Notes: generated by a model from the sequence alone, not told the origin. Shown: positions 27,683 through 37,539, numbered from the stretch's first letter. The stretch is DNA of 64,000 nucleotides from Clostridia bacterium (GCA_017938885.1 JAGBAS010000022.1:62144-126143); one strand, 5' to 3'. Numbers and translations: made by a program.

Positions 27683-29911
27683 TCAGTCCTCGCGCTTGAA
27701 GAAAACGATGGAGGAAATTACGGCCAGAAGGCCAAGGCATCCAACGGCAATGGTACCCGTACAACCGGAGCCGGACGATTCGGTTTCAGTGGAGGCAACA
27801 GTTTCAGAGGACGCGGTGGGAGCCTCCGTAGGCTCTTCGGTAGCAGGCTCAGTAACAGGATCCGTGGGGGGCTCGGTATCCCAAGGATAGGTGATGTCGG
27901 TTACACCGGGGATGTAGTTCTGGAACACGTAGTTCATACGACCCAGGGGAGCCACGTCACCGTCGCAGTAGAAGTCCTCCATCTCGTCGTAGGAGGTGTC
28001 GCTGTCAGCCCACTTGAACTGGAAGCAAAGCTCCTTGTAGGCATCCTTGACGCCCAAAAGCTCCTGAGGAACGGCAATCATCATCTTGTTGCCATCGACC
28101 TTGAAGGAGACCTCGCCGGCGTTTTCAAAGCCGTACTTGCCGTCCGTACCGTTGTACTTAGCAACGGTGGTGGTACCGTCAGCCTTCACCTCGTTATTGA
28201 TGATGAAGTCATAGCCGTACCAGCCGGTGTTCCCGTTGCTGTCCATATCCACATAGAGCTTCATCCAGGAGGAATTATTATCATATGCAGTAATGGCTTC
28301 TGCGGTTTCGACGTAGAAGTACAGGTTCTTGGTATCAGCGGTGACCTTAGACGAAACGATATCGTTACGGCCTGTATCGTTTGTATACTTGGTGCGGCCA
28401 AAGCCGGTAGCGTTACGGTCAACGGTGTCACCCTGAGCATCGTGATAGGTAAACTGTACGGCATCCCACTGGGTGAACGCACCGGCCACATCAATGGGAT
28501 TGCGTGCGTCCTGCACAACGACGGGAGCAGCGCCCTTGGCCTTCTGGACGTTATAGGAAAGCTGGATGTAGTAGTTGTCGAAGTAACCGCCGCGCATCAT
28601 TTCGGAGTCGCGGGAGAATTCCATGGAGGCGGTGTCCACGAACCAGATACGGCCACCATCGGTGGGCTGCCGCTGGGCGACCCACTCGTTCCAGCCCGTG
28701 ACAAGGATGTACATGGCCTTGGAATCGATGGCACGGTCAAACTGTGCCTGGAAATTGAGACCCTGATTGGTGAGGGAAGGATCAGCCTTCCACTCATCGT
28801 AGCGTTGCTGGAGGATCTGATCGGTGGAGCGCTTCTCAGCCCAGAAGGAGCGTCCGCGGTTGGTGTGATTGTTATAAAGGGAAGAATCCGAGAAGGCTAC
28901 GGTACCGCTGTGCTGAGCGATGGATACGCTGATAGCAGCACCGTCGAAGTCGTAGGCAGAGCGGAACAGGCGGGAGGGCCACTGGAAGTCCATCCAAGGC
29001 CAGCCGTTCAGCTTGGAGTTCTCGGTGGGCCACTGGTTCTGCTTCATGGTGAAAAAATCATTGATGTTGGCTTCCATGGGGCCGATGATAACGGGCTTGC
29101 CGTTGATCTTGAACCAGGTATCCTCGTACAGACCCTTGCTGTAAATGTCGTTATAGACCTGACGAATGACGTTCTCAGCCGAGGAATTGGTGTAGAACAC
29201 CACCTGGGGGGCGTCGAAGCCCTGCTCGTTGAGCTCATGCAGACACTTCATAAGGCTCTTGGCGTTGTGCAGATAAGCGTATCCGTTGGTCGTATCAAAG
29301 TACAGAAAGTCGATGTTGGCCTGGGTCAAAAGCTCGGCGTGCTTACGGTGTACCCAAGCGTCATTCGCGTAGTAGTAGCCGTACAGGGGCTCTGCGAACC
29401 AGTGCATGGCACCGACGGGGCCGTACTTACCGCAATTGGTGGAGCCTGCGGCCTCAACACCGACCTCGTCAATGATCTTCTGAAGATCAAAAATACCGCT
29501 GTCGCCGTGCTCGCCCTGCCACAGGAAGTAGAACAGGCCGACGTACTTTTCACCGGTGGAGCCATAGGCACCCACGTCGGTGGAGGTATACATGGTACGG
29601 TCGAGATCGTCGGTGGCGGCGTAACCGCCCATGGTATAGTTGTAATTGTTGGGAACTGTGTAGGATACGGTCTCCTCACCGACCTGATAGGAGATGGTGA
29701 CGTTTTTTCCGTCTGCTGAGGTCTCCATCTTAAGAGTACCCTCGTAAAGATCATCCTCGGGGGTATAGGAGGGCTGCCCCTCACCGTCCTCTGCTTTGGC
29801 CGTAAGAGCACTGATAATCATGGTAAAGGTCAAGGTTGCCACAGACACAACCATGAGCAACGCCAAAATGACGGCCAGCACGGTTACGAGCTTTTTCTTT
29901 TTCGAATTCAT
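27683..29911 (-). CDS. secreted glycoside-hydrolase-like protein (paralog of 24828-27641) with a Cys-containing C-terminal anchor
   Basis: Start set at ATG 29911 (MNSKKKKLVTVLAV, signal peptide), because the ORF-track start lies inside the promoter. C-terminus is SGSGCTGT + TM + KRED. Confidence 0.6.
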   Translation of the reverse strand: MNSKKKKLVTVLAVILALLMVVSVATLTFTMIISALTAKAEDGEGQPSYTPEDDLYEGTLKMETSADGKNVTISYQVGEETVSYTVPNNYNYTMGGYAATDDLDRTMYTSTDVGAYGSTGEKYVGLFYFLWQGEHGDSGIFDLQKIIDEVGVEAAGSTNCGKYGPVGAMHWFAEPLYGYYYANDAWVHRKHAELLTQANIDFLYFDTTNGYAYLHNAKSLMKCLHELNEQGFDAPQVVFYTNSSAENVIRQVYNDIYSKGLYEDTWFKINGKPVIIGPMEANINDFFTMKQNQWPTENSKLNGWPWMDFQWPSRLFRSAYDFDGAAISVSIAQHSGTVAFSDSSLYNNHTNRGRSFWAEKRSTDQILQQRYDEWKADPSLTNQGLNFQAQFDRAIDSKAMYILVTGWNEWVAQRQPTDGGRIWFVDTASMEFSRDSEMMRGGYFDNYYIQLSYNVQKAKGAAPVVVQDARNPIDVAGAFTQWDAVQFTYHDAQGDTVDRNATGFGRTKYTNDTGRNDIVSSKVTADTKNLYFYVETAEAITAYDNNSSWMKLYVDMDSNGNTGWYGYDFIINNEVKADGTTTVAKYNGTDGKYGFENAGEVSFKVDGNKMMIAVPQELLGVKDAYKELCFQFKWADSDTSYDEMEDFYCDGDVAPLGRMNYVFQNYIPGVTDITYPWDTEPPTDPVTEPATEEPTEAPTASSETVASTETESSGSGCTGTIAVGCLGLLAVISSIVFFKRED

Positions 29912-29960
29912 ATTGGTTCGTCCTTTCTCATCCACCGTACACGGGTGGGGAATCATAGGT

Positions 29961-29989
29961 ATTATAACAAAAAAACGTGAACTTTTCAA
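29961..29989 (-). promoter_or_regulatory. sigma-A type promoter (GH-like gene pair)
   Basis: Minus strand reads AAACCTCTTGAAA, 17 nt, (TGT)TATAAT. Confidence 0.7.
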
Positions 29990-30048
29990 GAGGTTTGCGA
30001 AGTTTTGTGCAATTTGACGAATTAATTTTTGCGTTTACGAAATGAATC

Positions 30049-30077
30049 TTGACAGAAGAGCAAAAACATGATACAAT
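30049..30077 (+). promoter_or_regulatory. sigma-A type promoter (GH5-like gene)
   Basis: TTGACA, 17 nt, (TGA)TACAAT. Divergent from the promoter at 29961-29989. Confidence 0.7.
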
Positions 30078-30122
30078 CTATACGGAAATATCCGCAAACA
30101 TATCATCGGGAGGTCAATCATT

Positions 30123-32315
30123 ATGAAAAAACGCTTTATCTGTGCTTTGCTCGGTATTTGTCTGTGCATGGGTGCCGCTTTGCCGCTCTCGGTAACGGCC
30201 GCTTCAAGGCCGCTGTTTCAGAACGGAAGCATGGATCGCGGTATTACGGGCTGGAGTACCTGGTCCAACGATCCTTCGGGCTGCTCCTTTTCACACGCAA
30301 AGGACGAAGGTGTAAACGGAACCGGCTGTCTGAAAATTCAGAACACCAAGCAGGTCGCCGCCAGCGTATACCAGATGACGGGTCTGAAAAAGGGTAAGAC
30401 CTACATCATGACGGCTGACGTCAGATGCGAGAATGTCTCAACCGAGGGCTCGGGCTTTATTCTGGGCATGACTATGTACGATGCGGCCGGGAATAATATC
30501 GGCGAGGTGGCTTCCTCCCCCCGCTTCGGAACGTCGTCGGATTGGTCTACCGTGACCTTCATCTTTACCATCAGTAACGAGAATTGCGCAGCTGCCTCGG
30601 CTGGTCCCCGCCTGTGGTTCTCAACGGGCACGGTCTACGTAGACAACGTAGAGATCAAGGAGATTATCCGTGAGCCCGCCGAATCCAAGACCTACGAGCT
30701 GACGGTCAACGATACGCCCAATAAATTTACCGTGGATGCGCTCTCCTGTGAATGGGATCCCAAGCTTCTTCTGCCCTGCAACCAGGAAAAGGGAGTAACC
30801 GAGGATGACCTCGCTCTTATGAAAGAGAATATGGAAAAGCTGGGACTTCACGCCGTCCGCATGATGATTATGCCCGAGTGGTTTGAGCCCGTGAACGATA
30901 ATGACGACCCCCTTGCATATGCGCAAGCCGGCTTCAAGCTGGAAAGCGACGAGATCAAGACGACCGTAGCATACCTCAAGGTCTGCCATGAGCTGGGAAT
31001 CAAGGTCACTCTTACCTGGTGGGGCGCGGCGGCAGGCTCATGGCTTGCGTTTCCCAACTGTAACGACTGGATATCTGCCCCGAATAACAAGGACGAGATC
31101 GCAGAGAATATCGTATGGTTTATTGAATACGTCAAGAATGAATTGAAGTACGACTGTATCTATAACGTCATTCTCATGAACGAGCCCAGCTATGCCTTCC
31201 ACGTGGAAGGAGGCGCGGTGGATTTCGGTTACTACGTCGAGTGCTATAAGACGATCCGCAAGCGCCTGGACGATCATGGTCTTCAGGATATCCGACTGGT
31301 GGGTTCGGACGATGCGCAGAGTCTTGGCTGGTTCTGCTCCAGCTATACCGAGCTCGTGGACGTCTGCGATGCCTTTGATTCTCACAACTACGCCTGGACG
31401 CACGATACGCCTTACCTGGATCAGCTTGTCAACGAGTTTGTTTCGGCCAGAACCCAATTTGGGCAGGATAAGCCTTTCTTCATGGGTGAGTTCGGTGACG
31501 GTACCGGCGTGGGGGCTTACTACGCTGAGTCTGTAGAGACCTATGGACGCGGACTGTATTTGGCCGCAACCGCCGTCAATGCGCTTTCCTCTGGCGCGGC
31601 CGGTCTTTCCTATTGGGGTCTCCACGACGTGTACTACTACATCAACGATCAAGGCGGCGATAACGGCGGTCTGATGGAGACGGGCCTCATTGGCTACAAG
31701 ACCGACGGTGTATGGAAATACCGTCCCACCTACTACGCCTGGGGCTTGCTCTGCAACTATATCCCCTTTGGTTCTGAGATTTATCCTGTCCGAGGCGAGA
31801 AGGACAGTCTTATCGACTGTATTGCCGTCAAGTCTCCGGACGGAAAGTACTCGATCATCACCGTCAACCGTTCCGATGCTGAGCAGACAGTCAAGGTCAA
31901 CGCCTCCTTCTCAGAGAAGATGAACCTCTATCTTTTCTCCGAGACCGCCCTCCCCACCGATAATACAAACCAAATGATCCCCGCCACCAAGGCCATAGCA
32001 GCTAAGGACGGCGGCTATACCGTAACCATCCCCGCCTACTCCTTCACCGTCCTCTCCAACGTGGACGAGGTGACCCTCCCCGCAGAGAACGAGACCGGTG
32101 AGGCCACAGCCGAGACCACTCCCGCGGACGAAGTTCCCACGGACACTACCGCCTCCGAATCCACACCCGTGAACCCCGATTTCGTTACTTCGATCCCTGA
32201 CACCGAGCCCACCGAAGGAAAGGGCTGCGGCTCTTCCGTTACCATCGCAGGCGGGATGCTCACCGCCGTACTGGCCACCGCTTTGGGGGTGCTTCGCAAG
32301 AAGAAAGAGAAGTAA
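30123..32315 (+). CDS. secreted CBM4/9/22-like module plus clan GH-A (GH5-like) glycoside hydrolase with a Cys-containing C-terminal anchor
   Basis: 730 aa with a signal peptide. N-terminal beta-sandwich (NGSMDRGITGWSTW...VYVDNVEIKE). Candidate acid/base in LMNEPS and nucleophile in FMGEFGD. C-terminus is GKGCGSS + TM + RKKKEK. Confidence 0.65.
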   Translation: MKKRFICALLGICLCMGAALPLSVTAASRPLFQNGSMDRGITGWSTWSNDPSGCSFSHAKDEGVNGTGCLKIQNTKQVAASVYQMTGLKKGKTYIMTADVRCENVSTEGSGFILGMTMYDAAGNNIGEVASSPRFGTSSDWSTVTFIFTISNENCAAASAGPRLWFSTGTVYVDNVEIKEIIREPAESKTYELTVNDTPNKFTVDALSCEWDPKLLLPCNQEKGVTEDDLALMKENMEKLGLHAVRMMIMPEWFEPVNDNDDPLAYAQAGFKLESDEIKTTVAYLKVCHELGIKVTLTWWGAAAGSWLAFPNCNDWISAPNNKDEIAENIVWFIEYVKNELKYDCIYNVILMNEPSYAFHVEGGAVDFGYYVECYKTIRKRLDDHGLQDIRLVGSDDAQSLGWFCSSYTELVDVCDAFDSHNYAWTHDTPYLDQLVNEFVSARTQFGQDKPFFMGEFGDGTGVGAYYAESVETYGRGLYLAATAVNALSSGAAGLSYWGLHDVYYYINDQGGDNGGLMETGLIGYKTDGVWKYRPTYYAWGLLCNYIPFGSEIYPVRGEKDSLIDCIAVKSPDGKYSIITVNRSDAEQTVKVNASFSEKMNLYLFSETALPTDNTNQMIPATKAIAAKDGGYTVTIPAYSFTVLSNVDEVTLPAENETGEATAETTPADEVPTDTTASESTPVNPDFVTSIPDTEPTEGKGCGSSVTIAGGMLTAVLATALGVLRKKKEK

Positions 32316-32334
32316 GCCCTTGAATTATCCCTAT

Positions 32335-32380
32335 AACAAATTCCGCAGACCCCGAACCGAGGTCTGCGGAATTTGTTTTT
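32335..32380. terminator. bidirectional rho-independent terminator
   Basis: Perfect 17-bp stem AACAAATTCCGCAGACC / GGTCTGCGGAATTTGTT, followed by TTT. Confidence 0.85.
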
Positions 32381-32390
32381 GAATCGTGAT

Positions 32391-35300
32391 TTACTCGGTT
32401 CTCAGAGCGATCACGGGATCCTTGCGGGATGCGCTTCCGGCGGGAAGCAGACCCGAGATCATGGTCAGCACCGTGGAGATGACGATCAAAATGACGGCTC
32501 CCAGCCAAGGCAGGACAGCGCGGATGGTGGGAATACCTGTAGCGTACTGCACGATGGCAGAAGCGGGGATACAAATGATGATGGTGAAGACGATACCGAT
32601 GATACCGGCCGCCAGACCGATAATCAGGGTCTCGGCGTTGAACACGCGGCGAATATCCTTCTTGGAAGCACCCATAGCGCGGAGAATACCGATCTCCTTG
32701 GTGCGCTCAAGCACAGAAATATAGGTGATGATCCCGATCATAATGGAGGAAACCACCAGCGAGATGGACACGAATGCGATCAGCACGTAGGAAATGGCGT
32801 TGATGATGGTGGTGACCGAGGACATCAGCAGACCGACGGTATCGGTATAACGGAGCTTATCGGTTTCGTTCTCGGCGGCGTTATTGTAGTCGGTTATGAA
32901 CTTCTGAATGGCGTCCTTGGATTCAAAATCCTTCGCATAGAAGTTGATGGAAGCAGGATCGGCCAACTCAGCATCGCCTAATACGCGGAGGATGGAATCG
33001 TAGGTAGCATCCTTCTCGGGAAGCAGATCGTAAAGTGCCTGCTCGATCATGGGGAACATCTTCTTGTCCTCGTCGGGCTGTTCCTTATCGGCCTCGACAA
33101 TGGGATTCAGAAGCAAGGAGAAGGTTTTGTCGTTGATATGCCAGTCGGTCATAGAGGCGTTCATGTCGGCATACAGCTCGGTCATGAATTCTTCGCCGCA
33201 GAGGGTGACAAGACCGGGAATCGCCATGGGCATCTGTTCGTTAGCCTCAACACCTGTCATGAGCACCATGATCTGTTCCATGGACATAAGGGGCAGAAGC
33301 TCCACCAGATTGTCCGCTGTGAAATCCACCGTAGAGAGTCCGCCGGGAATGCTCTTCAGCAGGCCGAGAAGCATGGGCATGGCCATGCCGGCCGTGGGAT
33401 CCTGGCTGACGGCCAGATTCTCTTGAGCCTTGGTCAGCATAGCGGAGATGGTCTCAGCCTGCGCCTTGTCCTCCATGGTTGCCAGGAACATGGGGAAGCT
33501 TTCGGGTGTGACCTCCAGCATGGAAGCATACTCCTCGTTGCTTCGGATCATCATTGTCATGTAGCTGTAGAAGGTCGCCATGTTGGCAGGGCCTACCTTC
33601 TCGATCAGCTCGTCGATATTCTCGATGGTGTAGGGGATACGCTCAAAGCTCTCGCCGTTGAGGATGTTGTTATTGGGGGTTGCCTTTTGTTGAGAAATGA
33701 CTTCGCTTTCGGTGTTCATGGTGAGGATGAGGTCTGTCAGCTCCTTGGTGTAGCCGATGGCTCCCGAAATGGAGGTGGCAGAAACGCCCTCACGGGGACG
33801 GATGATGCCCGAAATACGGAGTGTAGTGCCGTTTTCGGTGACGAAATCAGCCTGTCTGTCATCCCAACCGGGCAGATCACGGATATCACGCCAGGTATTG
33901 TAGGTCACACCGTCAACCTTATAAGTGAGATTGGTCTTTTCAAAGAAATCCGAGGTATTGAGCATCCGGAATTCCATGCCCAGGAAATCGTCCAGGTCGT
34001 AGGCCTCCATATGCGAGGACTCGTATTCGCCGTTGATGAAGAGATCATTCAAAATCTCCTCGATCTCTTCCATGGGAAGAACGCCCAGCATATACAGGGT
34101 CATCTTGGAGATCTGATTGTTCTGTCCGATAACCAAAACCACCTCATTGGCATTTTCTGGCCACCGGCTCTCCTCGCCTACCAGCTCGTACTGCTGCTCC
34201 AAAAGGTCGTGATTGTCGATCATCTCGGACATGACGCTGAATGCATTACCCATACCCGAAAGATTCATGAGATCGCTCATACCCGCGAAGGAGTCACCCA
34301 TGTAGTCGAAGATAGAGGTGGGATTGACCTGTACCTTTCCGTCACCCGAAAAGATCTGTAGATCGAAGCTATAGGTGTACTTAATGGCGGTGAGGTAGGG
34401 CTCCAGCTCGTCGTAGTGCTCGTCGATATAAGCCTTGAAGCTGACCAGATCGTTCTCGACGGTAGCCGACATGGCCTGCATCATGGTACCCATGGAGTCG
34501 TCAACGTAGATCTTGTTATCGTCGATCTCGATATCCGATTCCTCCGCCACCTGCATCATGGAGGACAGCATGGATTGGTAGTCCTGCGTCACCCGATTGA
34601 TGGTGAGCGGGAAGGTAGAAAGGGTATCCTCCTGTACCGTGGCGATGAAAATGTTGATACCGTTGGACAGAGCCAGGATCAGGGCGATACCGATGATACC
34701 GATGGACCCCGCAAAGGAGGTCATAAAGGTGCGCCCCTTCTTGGTCATGAGATTATTCAGGGAAAGGTTGAGAGCGGTGAAAAAGGACATGGAGGTTTTT
34801 TTGCCCTTCTTGACGTCCGTTTTCCGGACTACCTCTTCCTTGGCGGCGGGGGCTGTAAAGGGCATGGAATCATCGATTACCTGCCCGTCCCGAAGCTTTA
34901 CAATACGGGTGGAATATTGTTCGGCCAGCTCGGGATTGTGGGTGACCATGATAACCAATTTATCCTGCGCCAGCTCCTTGAGGATCTCCATGATCTGTAC
35001 CGAGGTAGCCGTGTCCAAGGCACCAGTAGGCTCGTCTGCAAGCAGTATATCCGGATCGTTGACGATGGCACGGGCAATGGCGACGCGCTGCATCTGACCG
35101 CCGGACATCTGGTTGGGCTTCTTCTTGAGCTGGTCACCAAGGCCGACCTTTTCCAGAGCCTCAACAGCCCTGCGGCGTCGCTCCGCCTTGGTGACACCCG
35201 AAAGCGTCAACGCCAGCTCAACGTTCGCCAGCACCGTCTGGTGAGGAATGAGATTATAGCTCTGGAACACGAAGCCGACGCTGTGGTTGCGGTAGGTATC

Positions 35301-35531
35301 CCAATCACGATCCTTGAAATTCTCGGTTGATTTTCCGTTAATCAGCAGATCGCCCTCGCTGTAGCGATCCAGTCCGCCTACGATGTTGAGCAGAGTCGTC
35401 TTACCGCATCCGGAAGGCCCCAGGATGGATACGAATTCGCTTTCGCGAAAGTCGATACTTACACCATTTAATGCATGGACTTTTGAATCGCCGATGTCGT
35501 AGGTTTTTTGAATGCCCTTCAGTTGAAGCAT
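32391..35531 (-). CDS. fused ABC transporter ATP-binding protein/permease (MacB/FtsX type)
   Basis: 1046 aa. Walker A GPSGCGKTT, signature LSGGQMQR, Walker B ILLADEPT. Large extracytoplasmic region and a C-terminal FtsX-type 4-TM domain (ILRAMGASKKDI). Confidence 0.85.
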   Translation of the reverse strand: MLQLKGIQKTYDIGDSKVHALNGVSIDFRESEFVSILGPSGCGKTTLLNIVGGLDRYSEGDLLINGKSTENFKDRDWDTYRNHSVGFVFQSYNLIPHQTVLANVELALTLSGVTKAERRRRAVEALEKVGLGDQLKKKPNQMSGGQMQRVAIARAIVNDPDILLADEPTGALDTATSVQIMEILKELAQDKLVIMVTHNPELAEQYSTRIVKLRDGQVIDDSMPFTAPAAKEEVVRKTDVKKGKKTSMSFFTALNLSLNNLMTKKGRTFMTSFAGSIGIIGIALILALSNGINIFIATVQEDTLSTFPLTINRVTQDYQSMLSSMMQVAEESDIEIDDNKIYVDDSMGTMMQAMSATVENDLVSFKAYIDEHYDELEPYLTAIKYTYSFDLQIFSGDGKVQVNPTSIFDYMGDSFAGMSDLMNLSGMGNAFSVMSEMIDNHDLLEQQYELVGEESRWPENANEVVLVIGQNNQISKMTLYMLGVLPMEEIEEILNDLFINGEYESSHMEAYDLDDFLGMEFRMLNTSDFFEKTNLTYKVDGVTYNTWRDIRDLPGWDDRQADFVTENGTTLRISGIIRPREGVSATSISGAIGYTKELTDLILTMNTESEVISQQKATPNNNILNGESFERIPYTIENIDELIEKVGPANMATFYSYMTMMIRSNEEYASMLEVTPESFPMFLATMEDKAQAETISAMLTKAQENLAVSQDPTAGMAMPMLLGLLKSIPGGLSTVDFTADNLVELLPLMSMEQIMVLMTGVEANEQMPMAIPGLVTLCGEEFMTELYADMNASMTDWHINDKTFSLLLNPIVEADKEQPDEDKKMFPMIEQALYDLLPEKDATYDSILRVLGDAELADPASINFYAKDFESKDAIQKFITDYNNAAENETDKLRYTDTVGLLMSSVTTIINAISYVLIAFVSISLVVSSIMIGIITYISVLERTKEIGILRAMGASKKDIRRVFNAETLIIGLAAGIIGIVFTIIICIPASAIVQYATGIPTIRAVLPWLGAVILIVISTVLTMISGLLPAGSASRKDPVIALRTE

Positions 35532-35549
35532 TGATTCCTCCGTTCATAT

Positions 35550-35569
35550 GTGTATGAGACGTCATACAC
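35550..35569. promoter_or_regulatory. palindrome in the ABC transporter leader (operator or RNA hairpin candidate)
   Basis: GTGTATGA-GACG-TCATACAC, 8-bp perfect arms, about 18 nt upstream of the start codon. A candidate extended -10 (TGGTATGCT) lies at 35590-35598 on the minus strand. Confidence 0.4.
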
Positions 35570-35683
35570 GGTTAAAATAGATTTTTTATAGCATACCACA
35601 CAATTGTGAACCTATCATGAATCATTGGCAAAAAAATAATTTAATACAATCGAATGAAATGTCCGTTTTTTAGAAGTAGTTTT

Positions 35684-36334
35684 TTAGAAGAAATTGAAGA
35701 ATTGCGCGGCGCGACAGCCGCATAAAATGCGAGCGTGCTCCGACAGAAACAGAGTCGCCGTGGGCTCGGTGAGAGCGGTTCCGAATTCACCGAGCAATGC
35801 AACGGCGCGAGAAAGGGACATGTCATCCTCCGATTGAGAAGATAAGGTTAAATACCAGCCAGAGCATGGCTCCTCGGATATGTAGGCGTCGGAAATACCC
35901 AAGAAGCCTTGCATGACGATTGCTTTACAGGCCAGTGTAAGGTCTCGCAGAGTATCAAAGCGAAAGCAGTACACCGAGCGGACAGGACTTTGCTTTTCTT
36001 CTTCGGGGAGTGCATGGATGCGTTCCAGGAGCGTCTTTTCTCCGTCACGCTGATTGTTTCGTGCAGGGAAAGATAAAGCGGAAGTATCCGTTCGTCCCAG
36101 CTTTGTCACGAACAGCTCTCCGCCCCCTTCACGGGAAGCATAAAACTGAACGAACAGACGCTCGCCCTCGGTATCAAATCCAACGGCAACGCGAGCATCC
36201 TCACAAATGCGGCGAAAAGCCTTGCCCGTACGGATGTTCTCACATTCTTTTACATCCTCCAGCTCGTATTTGACCATGTCATCAGGCGTGAGCATGATCT
36301 TAAGCTTTCCGGGGGTTATGACGATCAGTTCCAT
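35684..36334 (-). CDS. MecA-like adaptor protein
   Basis: 216 aa. The N-terminus MELIVITPGKLKIMLTPDDMVKYEL, LFVQFYASREGGGELFVTK and the C-terminal layout parallel MecA (compare LWIQVQALDKGLEIIVTK in B. subtilis, recalled from memory). Confidence 0.5.
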   Translation of the reverse strand: MELIVITPGKLKIMLTPDDMVKYELEDVKECENIRTGKAFRRICEDARVAVGFDTEGERLFVQFYASREGGGELFVTKLGRTDTSALSFPARNNQRDGEKTLLERIHALPEEEKQSPVRSVYCFRFDTLRDLTLACKAIVMQGFLGISDAYISEEPCSGWYLTLSSQSEDDMSLSRAVALLGEFGTALTEPTATLFLSEHARILCGCRAAQFFNFF

Positions 36335-36459
36335 GGCGGTTCCTTTCCGAGATTCTCTGTTTCAAGACGTTATATCCCTATTATACTCCCCGCAGGAGGT
36401 TTTGGGAAGTCCCAAAAATATGGAAATTCGAAAAGAAATCAATATAGTATACGTCGGAT

Positions 36460-37524
36460 TCAAGGATTGGTTTTCAGCCGCACAGCGTTATCCAGGCACT
36501 TGATCTCGATGCGCTTGCTACCCTGAGCCTCCTCGCCATCCAGAGACCAGGACAAATTTTCGTCCATAAGTATCTTGACAGACCGGATATGGTGAAGCTC
36601 AATCAACGGACAACCGTCAAAATCCTGAGCCAGAAGAGCCGAGGCGATCTTTTGCAGATCGGCCGCAGACTTGGGGGTATGGATGAGGAAAAGCTCAAGC
36701 TGACCGTCTGACATACAGACCAGATCGGCAGGAAGCTTGATGACTCCGCCCGCAGACGTCGTATTGGTGATCGCACCGAAAATGTAATCCCCTTCGATAT
36801 GTGTGCCGTCGGGGAGGTCGAATGCGGCGTGATGGGGCTGGATATTCGCGATATCCTTGATGCCGGATACCAGATAGGCAACGTGACCGAACAGATTTTT
36901 GGCTGTCTGCGACGTGGAATAGGAGGCGGCTGTGAAGGCTCCGAAGGATGCTATATAGGTAAAGTAGCGCGCAGGCGGGTGTCCCATGCCGTAGGGGGAG
37001 AAAAAACCGATGTCGATGGCGGTCTCATGTTCTCCGACAGCGGTTCTGGAGGCTCCGCGCAGGGAGCCCGAAAGCCCGATGGATGCCGCGAAATCGTTGG
37101 TGCTTCCTGCCGGAATGTAGCCAAGAGCAGGTCGGCTCTCACAGGGAACAGACATAAGCCCCGATACGGTCTCGTTGAAGGTGCCGTCTCCGCCGCAACA
37201 GATCACGGTATCGTAGCCCTCCTCGGCCGCAGTTGCCGCCATTCTTGATGCGTGTCCTCTGTGCATGGTGGGGGCCACGGTGACACGGCGATCAGGGTCC
37301 GCATCACCGCCCAACGTGGAGGCTGTCAGATTACCGAAGGGCAGGGAAGGAAGAGATGCCGAAGGCCCGGCCGGTTTTGCTACCGCTTTCTGTTGGACGG
37401 TTACGGTATTGGTCTCCTCGGGATCTAAACGGTAAAGCTCGTCCAAAATTTCAAAGAGCCCCGTTTTGGTTTTCATCCGACCCGAAACGGGGTTGATGAT
37501 GAGAAGTATCTTTTCGGATTTCAT
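36460..37524 (-). CDS. diacylglycerol kinase family lipid kinase (YegS/DagK type)
   Basis: 354 aa. LLIINPVSG, VICCGGDGTFNE and GYIPAGSTNDFA motifs. Confidence 0.85.
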   Translation of the reverse strand: MKSEKILLIINPVSGRMKTKTGLFEILDELYRLDPEETNTVTVQQKAVAKPAGPSASLPSLPFGNLTASTLGGDADPDRRVTVAPTMHRGHASRMAATAAEEGYDTVICCGGDGTFNETVSGLMSVPCESRPALGYIPAGSTNDFAASIGLSGSLRGASRTAVGEHETAIDIGFFSPYGMGHPPARYFTYIASFGAFTAASYSTSQTAKNLFGHVAYLVSGIKDIANIQPHHAAFDLPDGTHIEGDYIFGAITNTTSAGGVIKLPADLVCMSDGQLELFLIHTPKSAADLQKIASALLAQDFDGCPLIELHHIRSVKILMDENLSWSLDGEEAQGSKRIEIKCLDNAVRLKTNP

Positions 37525-37539
37525 AAAAGGAAATTCCTT

